64,000 nt of DNA from an uncultured Ruminiclostridium sp. (GTDB lineage: Bacteria; Bacillota; Clostridia; Oscillospirales; Ruminococcaceae), in contig CAZRRT010000001.1 of assembly GCA_964602605.1 (NCBI GenBank), positions 16,796-80,795 of the forward strand. Reading direction: 5' to 3'. Numbering within the stretch: position 1 is the stretch's first letter; each line of letters opens with the position of its first letter. The notes under the pieces are model-generated. The model saw only the letters and a list, made by a program, of their open reading frames with translations. It was not told where the DNA came from and ran no database searches. Shown here piece after piece: positions 45,928 through 55,812 of this stretch. Made by a program: the position numbers and the translations under genes.

Positions 45928-46824
45928 TCACATATCGTCAAAACCGTTTTCCGATTTGTATTCCTTTAAATCAATATTCATTTTTTTGTATTCTTCAAGC
46001 ACCATATCGTCCTGATACTGTTTTAAATCTATTGTAATAACATTTGCTGCAAGCTTATCCTTTGGCTTTAAAAATCTGCTTGCATAATAAGGGACTTTGG
46101 TATGTATTTTAATTTGATAGTATCTGTCGCCGCCTATAAAAAGGCTTTTTGAATAATGCTCTACCGTTTGAACATCCTTTTGCAGATAGGCTATATCACA
46201 GTTTTTTACTGCGAAAATCTTGCTGTCCTTGCTCCAGCAAACAGTATATTTTTCGCCTATGCAGATTCCCGATTTTTTGTAAAAGGCTAATCTGCCCTTC
46301 ATATAATTGCTGTTTATTTCTTCGATGTTTTCTCCGTTTTTATCCAAGAATTTCACAAACCTTTTTACCTGTGCGCCGCTTAATCGGTAAAAGCTGTATA
46401 TAAGGCACAGTATTCCAACGGCGGCATAAGCGATTCTAACCCACAAGGGAGAGGAAATGGGAAGCACTCCCACCAAGGTCAGCAAAATACCCAAAAACAA
46501 AAAGCTTAATGTGCCGCTGCTTTGAAAATGACGTATCAAATCCTCCTTCATAGATTTTCCCTTGATTTTGTCAAAGCCGTGAACTGCCGCATATCTTATG
46601 CTTTTGCTTTTATACTCCTTTGATTCGTCGTTTTGGGGAATATTGTCATTGTTTTTTCTGAACCTTTTTCGGCATAAATATGAAACGATAAACAAAATTG
46701 CGGAAATACCCAAGGTTATTCCCATTACAACCCAATTCATATCCCTGCCCCATTTTAAATACAGCAGAATAAAGGCTATAACAAACGCAATAAGAAAGGG
46801 CTTAAAGGAGTATTTATCATTCAT
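45928..46824 (-). CDS. hypothetical membrane protein (298 aa)
   Basis: About four predicted TM segments followed by a ~150-aa soluble C-terminal domain. Lies between def and fmt. Confidence 0.5.
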   Translation of the reverse strand: MNDKYSFKPFLIAFVIAFILLYLKWGRDMNWVVMGITLGISAILFIVSYLCRKRFRKNNDNIPQNDESKEYKSKSIRYAAVHGFDKIKGKSMKEDLIRHFQSSGTLSFLFLGILLTLVGVLPISSPLWVRIAYAAVGILCLIYSFYRLSGAQVKRFVKFLDKNGENIEEINSNYMKGRLAFYKKSGICIGEKYTVCWSKDSKIFAVKNCDIAYLQKDVQTVEHYSKSLFIGGDRYYQIKIHTKVPYYASRFLKPKDKLAANVITIDLKQYQDDMVLEEYKKMNIDLKEYKSENGFDDM

Positions 46825-46872
46825 AGTATTCTCTCTTTATTTTAAAAATAAAAAAAGGATTGAAAGTCATTG

Positions 46873-47346
46873 TTATTGTCTTCCTTTTTCTTCCTCGTCC
46901 TCAATCATTTCGTCAGCCAAATCGGTAAAGATAATTCCGTTAAGATGATCTATTTCGTGGCACAAGGCTCTTGCAAGCAAGTCTTTTCCCTCTATTTTTA
47001 TCTCTTTTCCGTATCTGTTTTGTGCGGTTACCTTTACCTTTTGCGGTCTTTCCACATATCCCCAAAGATCGGGAGCGGAAAGGCAGCCCTCCTTGTCCCT
47101 CTGCTTGCCCTTTGCAGAGGTGATAACGGGATTTATAAGCTCTATTTTGCCCTCTCCCACATCAATTACCACCGCTCTTTTTAATATTCCCACCTGCGGA
47201 GCGGCAAGTCCCACTCCGTGAGCGTCGTTCATAGTTTCATACATATCGTCCAACAATACCCAAAGTCTGTCGTCAAATACGGTTACCTCGCGGCAGTGCT
47301 TTCTCAATGTTTCATCTCCGAATTTTACAATATTTCTCTTTGCCAT
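46873..47346 (-). CDS. def: peptide deformylase
   Basis: Motifs [13 protein letters not shown] and HEIDHL. Confidence 0.93.
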   Translation of the reverse strand: MAKRNIVKFGDETLRKHCREVTVFDDRLWVLLDDMYETMNDAHGVGLAAPQVGILKRAVVIDVGEGKIELINPVITSAKGKQRDKEGCLSAPDLWGYVERPQKVKVTAQNRYGKEIKIEGKDLLARALCHEIDHLNGIIFTDLADEMIEDEEEKGRQ

Positions 47347-47410
47347 AACATTTCTCCTTTTTTACTGAACATAAAAAGTTTAATTCTTTATTTATTACAT
47401 CAAATTCAAG

Positions 47411-49951
47411 CTAAATTACTTCTCCGTTAATATCCACATAAAAGCTTACGTTCGCAAAAGCCTTGTCCTTGTATGCTTCCATAATAACGCCGTTTAACAG
47501 TCTGCGGAAGGAGGAGTTGAATTTGCATTTTATAACCAGCTTGTTTCTGTACTTTCCGCCTAATTTGCCCGTTCCCATTTTTGTAGGACCTAAAACACGC
47601 AATGGCGGCTTTTCGGTTTCTTCAAGCAGCTTTGCCTTAAATATCTCCAAAAATCTGTTTGCGCCGTTGCTGCAAAAGGCTTGATTAACCGATGAAAAAC
47701 CGATAAGGCATATATGACAGAATGGCGGAAATAACAGCGCCTTTCTAAGTTCTATTTCCTGTCGGTAAAACTCGTCGTAATCCTGTCTTGCCGCCAACTG
47801 TAAAACATAGTGATCGGGAGAAAAGGTTTGCAGATAGGCTCTGCCGATTTTTCCGCCACGCCCCGATCTGCCCACAACCTGGGTTATAAGGGAAAAAGTT
47901 CGTTCATATCCCAAATAGTCCCCCATATAAAGCGACTTGTCAATGGCAAGCACTCCCACTAAGGTTACGTTTTCAAAATCAAGTCCTTTGGCTATCATTT
48001 GAGTGCCCACCATTATATCGTAATCGCCGTTGCCGAATTCGGTAAATTTCTTAGAAAACGCATTTCTTGACATTGTTGTGTCTGCGTCCATTCTAAGCAC
48101 TCTTGCCCTTGGAAAATACTGCTTTATCTCGTCCTCGATCCGCTGCGTTCCCGTTCCCGATTGGGATATATACCTGCTGCGGCATTTGGGACATACGTCG
48201 GGAGCTTTGGTAAAATATCCGCAGTAGTGGCAGGCAACGGTTTCGTTGGTTTTGTGATAGGTAAGCGGCAGATCGCAGTTGGGACATTTTATCACCTCGC
48301 CGCACTTTATACAGCTTAAATGGGTGTGATAACCCCGTCTGTTAAGCAGCAGCAGAGTTTGTTCTCCGTTATTAAGATTTATTTCAATTTCGCGCAAAAG
48401 CGCCTGACTGAAATTTCCTCTGTTTCCTCCCTCGTATTCCGCTTTCATATCCACCATATACACTTGTGGAAGATTTCCTTTATTGTATCTGTTTTTAAGG
48501 GTTATATACTGATATTTATTGATTTGCGCATTATATCTGCTGTCCAAAGAGGGAGTGGCGGAGGCTAACAGCAGTAAGGCTTTATGCTTAAAGCAGCGCT
48601 GCTTTGCCACATCTCTTGCGTGATAGCGTGGGGCTTTGTCGGATTTGTAGGTGTGTTCTCCCTCCTCGTCAATCACTATCACTCCTATATTTTCAAGAGG
48701 GGCAAAAACTGCGCTGCGTGTGCCTATTACTATTTTTGCCTCTCCGCTTTTTATCCTTTTATACTCGTCCGCCCTTTGTCCCATAGACAATGCGCTGTGA
48801 ATTATAGCCACGGTGTTTCCGAAAAGCTGCTGAAACTGTCTTACCGTTTGGGGAGTAAGGGAAATTTCGGGAACTAACATCAATGCGGTTTTTCCCGACT
48901 TTATCGCCTTGTGGATAAGCTTAATGAAAACCGAGGTTTTGCCGCTTCCCGTCACCCCCTGAAGCAGGGCGCATTTTGGGCTGTCCTCAAGCATCAGCTG
49001 TTCCAACCGATTATAAGCCGATTGCTGTTCCTCCGACAGTATAATATCATCGGGGCTTTTTTCCGCTTGTGCCGCCGCAGTTTCCGCACGGGTAAGACAG
49101 TATTGGTATTCCTCTAAGATTCCGTATTTAATCAGGTTCTTAATAACGGCGGGAGTGATTGCGCAAAGATAACAAATTTCGCTTACGGACGCCGAGTCGT
49201 ATTCGGACAAGGCTTCAATTACCGATTTTTGCTTTGGAGTAAGCCTTTCCGTTCTTTCGTTAAACTGATAATCATCGGCAAGCCTTACCATTTGCTCCGT
49301 CTGATCCCCCACCTGCCTTTTCATTTCCTCTAACTTAACTATAAATCCCGCTTTGATAAGAGCTTGAACGGCTTTTGAGTTATTTGAATCCTTGTGGGAA
49401 TTAAGACTGCTTATTTTTTCCTCCAACTGCTTTTCGGTTTTTGCCGATTTTAATTGGTTAAGTATGTCAATCTCGTTTTGAGATAAATGGGAAGCGTCCA
49501 TATCCGATAATTTATATTTGGCTTTTATATTAAAATTCAGTCCCGGAGGAAGAATTGTTTTTATTGCGTCAAAATAGGTGCAAAAGGTGTTTTCCTTTAA
49601 CCATTGGGACAATTCCAGCTGTTCCGCTGTCATTTTGATTCCGTTTTGCGGCAGGGAAATCAGTTCTTTTATTTTGCCGCCCCTATCAGTCTTTTTTTCA
49701 ATCTTATATATCATAGCCACACGGCTTTGATTTCCTTTTCCAAAAGGCACCATAACCGTTTGCCCCAAGGATATTTCCGATTCAAGATATTGGGGCGCTT
49801 TATAATCGTAAAGAAAGTCAAACGGGTACAAGCATTTATCCACCGCAACAGAAACGATCAAAGCGGTATTTGATTGATTATTACAGTCATCGGCTGTCAA
49901 CGGCTTCACTTCTTTCCTTTTCTTCTGTATATTGTATCTGTTGTCATTCAA
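47411..49951 (-). CDS. priA: primosomal replication-restart helicase PriA
   Basis: Walker A GVTGSGKT, DEEH box and a Cys-rich zinc insertion (CIKCG..CPNC..CHYCG..CPKC). Confidence 0.92.
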   Translation of the reverse strand: MNDNRYNIQKKRKEVKPLTADDCNNQSNTALIVSVAVDKCLYPFDFLYDYKAPQYLESEISLGQTVMVPFGKGNQSRVAMIYKIEKKTDRGGKIKELISLPQNGIKMTAEQLELSQWLKENTFCTYFDAIKTILPPGLNFNIKAKYKLSDMDASHLSQNEIDILNQLKSAKTEKQLEEKISSLNSHKDSNNSKAVQALIKAGFIVKLEEMKRQVGDQTEQMVRLADDYQFNERTERLTPKQKSVIEALSEYDSASVSEICYLCAITPAVIKNLIKYGILEEYQYCLTRAETAAAQAEKSPDDIILSEEQQSAYNRLEQLMLEDSPKCALLQGVTGSGKTSVFIKLIHKAIKSGKTALMLVPEISLTPQTVRQFQQLFGNTVAIIHSALSMGQRADEYKRIKSGEAKIVIGTRSAVFAPLENIGVIVIDEEGEHTYKSDKAPRYHARDVAKQRCFKHKALLLLASATPSLDSRYNAQINKYQYITLKNRYNKGNLPQVYMVDMKAEYEGGNRGNFSQALLREIEINLNNGEQTLLLLNRRGYHTHLSCIKCGEVIKCPNCDLPLTYHKTNETVACHYCGYFTKAPDVCPKCRSRYISQSGTGTQRIEDEIKQYFPRARVLRMDADTTMSRNAFSKKFTEFGNGDYDIMVGTQMIAKGLDFENVTLVGVLAIDKSLYMGDYLGYERTFSLITQVVGRSGRGGKIGRAYLQTFSPDHYVLQLAARQDYDEFYRQEIELRKALLFPPFCHICLIGFSSVNQAFCSNGANRFLEIFKAKLLEETEKPPLRVLGPTKMGTGKLGGKYRNKLVIKCKFNSSFRRLLNGVIMEAYKDKAFANVSFYVDINGEVI

Positions 49952-50561
49952 TGGAACTATTGTTTTTCAAAGCGTCGATTCTGTCCAGATTTCTTTTTGC
50001 TTTAAAGCCTTCCGCTTGAACAATGGCAATAAAATCATTTACCGCCTTGTCCAAATCTCCGTTAACAATAACGTAATCGTAATTTTTGGCAAAGGCAATT
50101 TCCTTTTCAGCCTGCTTCAGCCTTTTTTCAATAGTTTCCTGATCCTCTGTGCCTCTTTTATGCAGGCGCCTGCTTAATTCCTGCATTGACGGGGGAAGTA
50201 TGAAAATAAGCACTGCGTCGGGAATAAGCTTTTTCACGTTTTCCGCACCTTCGATTTCTATTTTAAGCACTATATTTCTGCCTGAATCAAGGGAATCCTC
50301 CACAGTCTGCCTGGGAGTGCCGTAATAGTTGCCGCAGTATTGGGTGTGTTCCAGCAGCTCTCCGTCGGCTATCATTTCCTCAAACTCTTCCTTTGTCTTA
50401 AAATAATAGCTGATACCCTCCGTTTCTCCCATTCTCATAGCTCTTGTGGTGGCGGAAACGGAATAAAAAAGGTTGATTTCCCCTGCAAAGACCCTTTCCA
50501 AAATAGTGTCCTTTCCGCAGCCAGCCGGTGCTGAAACCACAAATAAAATTCCTCTTGACAT
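49944..50561 (-). CDS. gmk: guanylate kinase
   Basis: P-loop SAPAGCGKDT and Gmk-like sequence. The stop overlaps the priA start by 8 nt. Confidence 0.9.
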   Translation of the reverse strand: MSRGILFVVSAPAGCGKDTILERVFAGEINLFYSVSATTRAMRMGETEGISYYFKTKEEFEEMIADGELLEHTQYCGNYYGTPRQTVEDSLDSGRNIVLKIEIEGAENVKKLIPDAVLIFILPPSMQELSRRLHKRGTEDQETIEKRLKQAEKEIAFAKNYDYVIVNGDLDKAVNDFIAIVQAEGFKAKRNLDRIDALKNNSSIE

Positions 50562-50698
50562 TTTGTTTTCCTTTCATATTTGATTGATTTATATTTGAAC
50601 AGTTATTTTTCGGTTTATTTCTTATGAATTTTATTGATACTATTTATAAATATTAAAATATTAAAAATAATGTAAATACCGCAAGTTTACAGAAACAA

Positions 50699-50935
50699 TT
50701 ATTCCTCCGCTGATTTTTTATCTATTCTTTCGGCGGATTTTGCGCTTAATATTACGTGACCGCTATCCATTATAAGCACTGATTGGGTTTTTTTGCCGCA
50801 GGTGGCGTCTACCGCAAGATTTTTTTCCTTCGCCGCCAAGATAACTCGCTTTGTAGGCGCAGCCTCAGCGGAAACCACCGCAACGATTCTGTCTGAGTTA
50901 ACAAGGTTGCCGAATCCGATGTCTAAAAGCTTCAT
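50699..50935 (-). CDS. remA: RemA-like DUF370 regulator
   Basis: MKLLDIGFGNLVNSDRIVAVVS... is the typical RemA/DUF370 N-terminus. The ATG at 50935 follows GGAGG. Confidence 0.8.
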   Translation of the reverse strand: MKLLDIGFGNLVNSDRIVAVVSAEAAPTKRVILAAKEKNLAVDATCGKKTQSVLIMDSGHVILSAKSAERIDKKSAEE

Positions 50936-51235
50936 ATTTCCTCCCAAGAAAATGTTTTGCTGCTAAACGGTGCTTTAATAATCTTTTTAATTATATCACA
51001 ATTTTGTAAAAAAAGCAAATTATTAAAGCTTTGATATAATTTTGCACAAAATCCGCAATACGAAAGAATATAAAAGGTGAATACCCGCTATATTTAATCG
51101 ATTTATTATACCATACTATATAACAATTTGAAAAGACTTATTTCAAGATTTTCAGAAAATTTTAAAAAAACTCAACTATACTGCTATAGAATTGTTTGTG
51201 ATACGGTTTATGATATATGCTTCAAAACAAAAATA

Positions 51236-51264
51236 TTGACAACACTCTTTTTTTATAGTATAAT
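51236..51264 (+). promoter_or_regulatory. consensus promoter of the hydrogenase-maturase operon
   Basis: TTGACA at 51236-51241, 17-nt spacer, TATAAT at 51259-51264. Confidence 0.6.
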
Positions 51265-51270
51265 ACAAAT

Positions 51271-51410
51271 AACTGAGATGCGAGATTTCCTTTCATTAAA
51301 GTTTTTAAAAAGTATTATACTGCCGCCAAAGTTTTTCTGAGGCGAAAGGGCATACGGCATACATATAAATAATGTAAATCACGCCCTTAAATTAAGGGGC
51401 GTTTTTTTGT
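51271..51410 (+). promoter_or_regulatory. ~140-nt leader with intrinsic terminator (attenuator / possible riboswitch, class unknown)
   Basis: Terminator ACGCCCTTAA / TTAAGGGGCGT (51381-51402) followed by TTTTTTGTTTTT, 20 nt before the RBS. Upstream AAGGGC (51346-51351) can compete for the terminator 5' arm. Confidence 0.5.
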
Positions 51411-51429
51411 TTTTGGAGGTTGACTATAT

Positions 51430-51702
51430 ATGGAAACGAGAGTAGCCGTTATAGGTATAATTGTGGAGGACGAAAATTCGGTTGAAACCTTAAATCGGCT
51501 TTTGCATAAATACGGAAATTACGTTATCGGCAGAATGGGAGTGCCTTACCGCAAAAAGGGAATAAATATCATCAGTCTTGCAGTTGACGCACCGCAGGAC
51601 GAAATAAGCGCATTGTCGGGACAAATCGGAAAGATAAAGGGCGTCAGCGCAAAAACCGCATACTCCAACATAATAAATACGACAGAGGAAAGCAATATAT
51701 AA
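51430..51702 (+). CDS. TM1266-family putative iron-only hydrogenase system regulator (ACT/NikR-C-like)
   Basis: 90-aa protein starting METRVAVIGIIVED, directly upstream of hydE and hydG as in the TM1266 arrangement. Confidence 0.65.
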   Translation: METRVAVIGIIVEDENSVETLNRLLHKYGNYVIGRMGVPYRKKGINIISLAVDAPQDEISALSGQIGKIKGVSAKTAYSNIINTTEESNI

Positions 51703-51703
51703 A

Positions 51704-52750
51704 ATGGGAAACATAGAGCTGATAGAAAAGCTGTATAACGACAGCGATTTGACCGACGGCGAGTTAAAACAGCTGATAGAAAACCGCAGTGAAAAGGATT
51801 TTCAGCTTCTTGCCGAAAAGGCAAGGCTGCGATGCGAGCAGGAATACGGAAATCAAGTATTTATAAGAGGACTTATTGAATTTTCCTCTTACTGCAAAAA
51901 CAACTGCCTTTACTGCGGCTTAAGGCGGGACAATAAAAATGCGGAAAGATACCGACTTACCCAAGACGATATAATAAGCTGCTGTGAAAACGGCTATAAG
52001 TTAGGTTTTCGCACCTTTGTGCTGCAAGGGGGAGAGGACGGCTTTTACACCGATGAAATTTTTTCCGAGATAATTACAAGGATAAAATCGGAATTTCCCG
52101 ATACGGCAATAACCCTATCTCTGGGAGAACGCAGCTTTGACAGCTATAAAAGATTATTCGAGGCAGGGGCGGACAGGTATCTTTTAAGGCACGAAACAGC
52201 AGATAAGGAGCATTACGGAAAGCTTCACCCAAAGGAAATGAGCTTTGAACACAGAATGAACTGTTTATGGCAGCTTAGAGAAATAGGCTATCAGACGGGC
52301 TGCGGCTTTATGACAGGTTCTCCTTATCAGACAGTCGACTGTATTGTAAAGGATTTAAGATTTATAAAGGAATTTAAGCCTCATATGGTGGGAATTGGAC
52401 CTTTTATTCCACATAAGGACACTCCCTTTGGCAAAGAAAAAGCGGGGACTTTGGAGCTTACCTTGTATCTTTTGGCAATAATACGCCTGCTTTTGCCAAA
52501 GGTGCTTTTGCCTGCCACCACCGCTTTGGGAACAATAAGTCCCACCGGCAGAGAACAGGGAATAAGGGCGGGCGCAAATGTGGTAATGCCCAATTTATCG
52601 CCGGTTAATGTACGAAAAAAATACTCTCTTTACGACAACAAAATCTGCACGGGAGAAGAAGCGGCGGAATGTGCAGAATGCCTTAAGCGCCGCATTATGT
52701 CCGCAGGAAGAGAAATGGTCGTATCAAGAGGAGATTCAAAAATTATTTAA
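51704..52750 (+). CDS. hydE: [FeFe]-hydrogenase H-cluster radical-SAM maturase HydE
   Basis: Radical-SAM motif CKNNCLYC. 348 aa, BioB-like. Adjacent to hydG. Confidence 0.85.
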   Translation: MGNIELIEKLYNDSDLTDGELKQLIENRSEKDFQLLAEKARLRCEQEYGNQVFIRGLIEFSSYCKNNCLYCGLRRDNKNAERYRLTQDDIISCCENGYKLGFRTFVLQGGEDGFYTDEIFSEIITRIKSEFPDTAITLSLGERSFDSYKRLFEAGADRYLLRHETADKEHYGKLHPKEMSFEHRMNCLWQLREIGYQTGCGFMTGSPYQTVDCIVKDLRFIKEFKPHMVGIGPFIPHKDTPFGKEKAGTLELTLYLLAIIRLLLPKVLLPATTALGTISPTGREQGIRAGANVVMPNLSPVNVRKKYSLYDNKICTGEEAAECAECLKRRIMSAGREMVVSRGDSKII

Positions 52751-52768
52751 TTTGAAAGGAAAAGGAAA

Positions 52769-54190
52769 ATGTATAATCCCAAATCATTAAAAGCAGAGGA
52801 ATTTATTTCAGATGAGGAAATCAAGGAAACGCTTGATTATGCTGAAAAAAACAAGGATAATTTGGAGCTGGTGGACAGCATAATCGAAAAGGCAAAGCTT
52901 AGAAAGGGACTGTCCCACCGTGAAGCGTCGGTTTTGCTGGCTTGTGAAAATCAGGATAAAATAAACGAGATTTTCGATTTGGCACAGCAGATAAAAAAAG
53001 ACTTTTACGGAAACAGAATAGTAATGTTTGCGCCATTGTATCTTTCCAACTACTGTGTAAACGGCTGCCTTTACTGCCCCTATCACCTTAAAAACAAACA
53101 TATTGCAAGAAAAAAATTATCCCAAGAGGAAGTAAAAAAAGAGGTTATCGCCCTACAGGATATGGGACACAAGCGGCTTGCCATAGAGGCGGGGGAAGAT
53201 CCCGTAAACAATCCCATTGAATACATATTGGAGTGTATAGACACTATTTACAGCATAAAGCACAAAAACGGAGCAATCAGGAGAGTTAACGTTAATATTG
53301 CCGCTACCACGGTGGAAAACTACAAAAAGCTTCACGATGCGGGAATAGGCACATATGTACTGTTTCAGGAAACCTATCACAAGGAAAGCTATGAGCGGCT
53401 TCATCCCACAGGACCAAAGCACAATTACGCTTATCACACCGAGGCTATGGACAGAGCTATGGAGGGCGGAATTGACGATGTGGGACTTGGCGTTTTGTTC
53501 GGTTTGGAACTGTACAAGTATGAGTTTGCGGGACTTTTAATGCACGCAGAGCATTTGGAGGCGGTTCACGGTGTAGGACCTCACACTATCAGCGTTCCTC
53601 GTGTTAAAAGGGCGGACGACATAGATCCGGATCAGTTTGACAACGGCATAAGCGACGATATTTTTGCCAAAATCTGCGCTTGTATAAGGCTTGCCGTTCC
53701 TTATACGGGTATGATAATATCCACAAGAGAAAGCAAGGCAGTGAGAGAAAAGGTAATAAGACTTGGCGTTTCGCAGATAAGCGGCGGCTCAAAAACCAGC
53801 GTCGGCGGCTACTATCAGCCCGAGGAGGAGGACGACAACAGCGAACAGTTTGACGTTTCCGACAAGCGCACTCTTGACCAGGTGGTATGTTGGCTTATGG
53901 AAATCGGCTATATTCCCAGCTTCTGCACTGCATGCTACCGAGAGGGCAGAACGGGCGACCGCTTTATGAGCCTTTGCAAAAGCGGACAAATTCAAAACTG
54001 CTGCCACCCCAACGCACTTATGACATTAAAGGAATACCTTATGGACTATGCAAGCCCCAAGACGAGAGAGATAGGCGAAAAGCTTATTAAAGAGGAATTA
54101 AAAAATATTCCCAAGGAAAAGGTAAGAGCTATTGCGGAAAAATATCTTGAAGAAATCGAAGCACAGGGCAAGAGAGATTTCAGATTTTAA
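52769..54190 (+). CDS. hydG: [FeFe]-hydrogenase H-cluster radical-SAM maturase HydG
   Basis: Radical-SAM motif CVNGCLYC plus a C-terminal auxiliary cluster region (CTAC..C..CC). 473 aa, ThiH-like. Confidence 0.88.
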   Translation: MYNPKSLKAEEFISDEEIKETLDYAEKNKDNLELVDSIIEKAKLRKGLSHREASVLLACENQDKINEIFDLAQQIKKDFYGNRIVMFAPLYLSNYCVNGCLYCPYHLKNKHIARKKLSQEEVKKEVIALQDMGHKRLAIEAGEDPVNNPIEYILECIDTIYSIKHKNGAIRRVNVNIAATTVENYKKLHDAGIGTYVLFQETYHKESYERLHPTGPKHNYAYHTEAMDRAMEGGIDDVGLGVLFGLELYKYEFAGLLMHAEHLEAVHGVGPHTISVPRVKRADDIDPDQFDNGISDDIFAKICACIRLAVPYTGMIISTRESKAVREKVIRLGVSQISGGSKTSVGGYYQPEEEDDNSEQFDVSDKRTLDQVVCWLMEIGYIPSFCTACYREGRTGDRFMSLCKSGQIQNCCHPNALMTLKEYLMDYASPKTREIGEKLIKEELKNIPKEKVRAIAEKYLEEIEAQGKRDFRF

Positions 54191-54270
54191 TAAGACTCCC
54201 CATTGAAAATAGGCAGGATTGCCTGGTTTCGGTGGGGCATAGTATAACACTGATTTTGGAGAATAATATT

Positions 54271-54675
54271 GTGATAAGATATGCAGATAAATCAGATATT
54301 GAAATATTAAAAAAGCTCGACAAACATATTTGTGAAAACGAGTTAAAAAACTGCATTGATTTAAACAGGGCTTTATTGATGCTTGATAATGAGAAGCTTA
54401 TGGGCTGGCTCAGGTTCGGCTTGTTTTGGGATCAAATACCGTTTATGAATATGCTGTATTTTTTAGAGGAATACAGAGGAAAAGGCTTTGGAAAGCAGCT
54501 GGTTGAATATTGGGAAAAAGAAATGCTGAAAAAGGGACATAAAAGGGTACTTGCTTCCACCTTATCAAACGAACAGGGGCAGTTCTTTTACCGCAAATTG
54601 GGATATAGCGACTGCGGAGCTTTATTGCTGCAAGATGAGCCGCTTGAAATTGTATTTATGAAAAATTTAGCATAA
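54271..54675 (+). CDS. GNAT-family N-acetyltransferase
   Basis: Acetyl-CoA motif RGKGFGKQL. The GTG at 54271 lies 9 nt after GGAGA and is preferred over the track start at 54232. Confidence 0.7.
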   Translation: MIRYADKSDIEILKKLDKHICENELKNCIDLNRALLMLDNEKLMGWLRFGLFWDQIPFMNMLYFLEEYRGKGFGKQLVEYWEKEMLKKGHKRVLASTLSNEQGQFFYRKLGYSDCGALLLQDEPLEIVFMKNLA

Positions 54676-54695
54676 TGTAACGTCAGAGGTGCTGT

Positions 54696-55619
54696 ATGAA
54701 CATTCTCCATATGAAATACGCCGTTGAAATAGCAAAGGCGGGAAGCATCAACAAGGCTTCCGAAAACCTGCTGATTGCACAGCCCAATTTAAGCAGAGCG
54801 GTTAAAGAATTGGAATCGGATTTGGGTATAAGTATTTTCGACCGTTCCTCCAAGGGTATGAGGCTTACCCCCGACGGAGAGGTGTTTTTGTCCTACGCAG
54901 TTAAAATACTGTCCCAAATTTCCGAAGTGGAATCGATGTACAAGGAAAAGCGTTCGCCAAAGCAGCGTTTTTCAATTTCCGTGCCGAGAGCCAGCTATAT
55001 TGCAGACGCTTTTGCCGAATTTTCCAAATCGCTGACCGACGATCCCGCCGAAATCTATTATCAGGAAACCAACTCTATGGGCGCTGTTGAAAATATCCTA
55101 CAACGGGATTTTTCTTTGGGGATAATTCGTTATTCCGAACATTTTGAGAAATATTTTCATCGCCTTTTAACCGAAAAAAAATTCAGCGGACGGCTGATTA
55201 CAGAGTTTAATTATGTCCTCATCACAAGAAAAGACAGCATTCTCGCACAAAAGGATAAAATCTATTTTGAGGACTTGTCCCATTGCATTGAAATCGCTCA
55301 CGCCGATCCCTTTGTGCCCTCTCTGCCCCTTTCAACGGTAAAAAAGGAATTGCTGCCCGAGTATGTGGGAAGAAGAATTTATGTTTTTGAAAGAGGCAGC
55401 CAGTTTGACTTATTAAGAAAAAACCCCCAGACCTTTATGTGGGTTTCTCCCCTTCCTCCCGATTTGCTTGATATGTACAAGCTCGTTCAGCTTGAATGTG
55501 AGGAAAACAGCAGGATTTTTAAAGACGTGTTAATTTACAAGACTGACTATCGGCTTACCGATTTGGACGAAAAATTTATTCAAGCTCTTTACAGTGCCAA
55601 AAAAAGATATATTGGCTAA
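54696..55619 (+). CDS. LysR-family transcriptional regulator
   Basis: N-terminal HTH (MKYAVEIAKAGSINKASENLLIAQPNLSRAVKELE) plus a substrate-binding domain. 307 aa. Confidence 0.88.
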   Translation: MNILHMKYAVEIAKAGSINKASENLLIAQPNLSRAVKELESDLGISIFDRSSKGMRLTPDGEVFLSYAVKILSQISEVESMYKEKRSPKQRFSISVPRASYIADAFAEFSKSLTDDPAEIYYQETNSMGAVENILQRDFSLGIIRYSEHFEKYFHRLLTEKKFSGRLITEFNYVLITRKDSILAQKDKIYFEDLSHCIEIAHADPFVPSLPLSTVKKELLPEYVGRRIYVFERGSQFDLLRKNPQTFMWVSPLPPDLLDMYKLVQLECEENSRIFKDVLIYKTDYRLTDLDEKFIQALYSAKKRYIG

Positions 55620-55696
55620 AACTGATAAATTTAGGTTTCAGATTTATATCTATTTGCTATATCATTTTTGATATGTCAACCTTTCATATTTGATAC

Positions 55697-55725
55697 TTTA
55701 CAAATCGGAAAATATTTGTTATAAT
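55697..55725 (+). promoter_or_regulatory. promoter of the alcohol dehydrogenase gene
   Basis: TTTACA at 55697-55702, 17-nt spacer, TGtTATAAT (-10 at 55720-55725). Confidence 0.55.
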
Positions 55726-55731
55726 GTATAT

Positions 55732-55749
55732 ATGTTAAAAAATTAACAT
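55732..55749. promoter_or_regulatory. Rex-like operator (redox-sensing repressor box)
   Basis: 18-bp palindrome ATGTTAAAAAATTAACAT. It matches the clostridial Rex consensus TTGTTAA-N4-TTAACAA at 12 of its 14 specified positions (both outermost bases differ) and overlaps the predicted transcription start. Confidence 0.5.
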
Positions 55750-55812
55750 AGTCTGTTTTAAAACTGTTTAAACAGCAGATAAATTTTCATTTACTTACGG
55801 AGGTAATTTATT

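Noticed and set aside
49944-50561. Expected rpoZ and coaBC between gmk and priA, as in many Firmicutes.
   Set aside because: gmk overlaps priA directly and there is no room for hidden genes. This is a gene-order variation and says nothing by itself.
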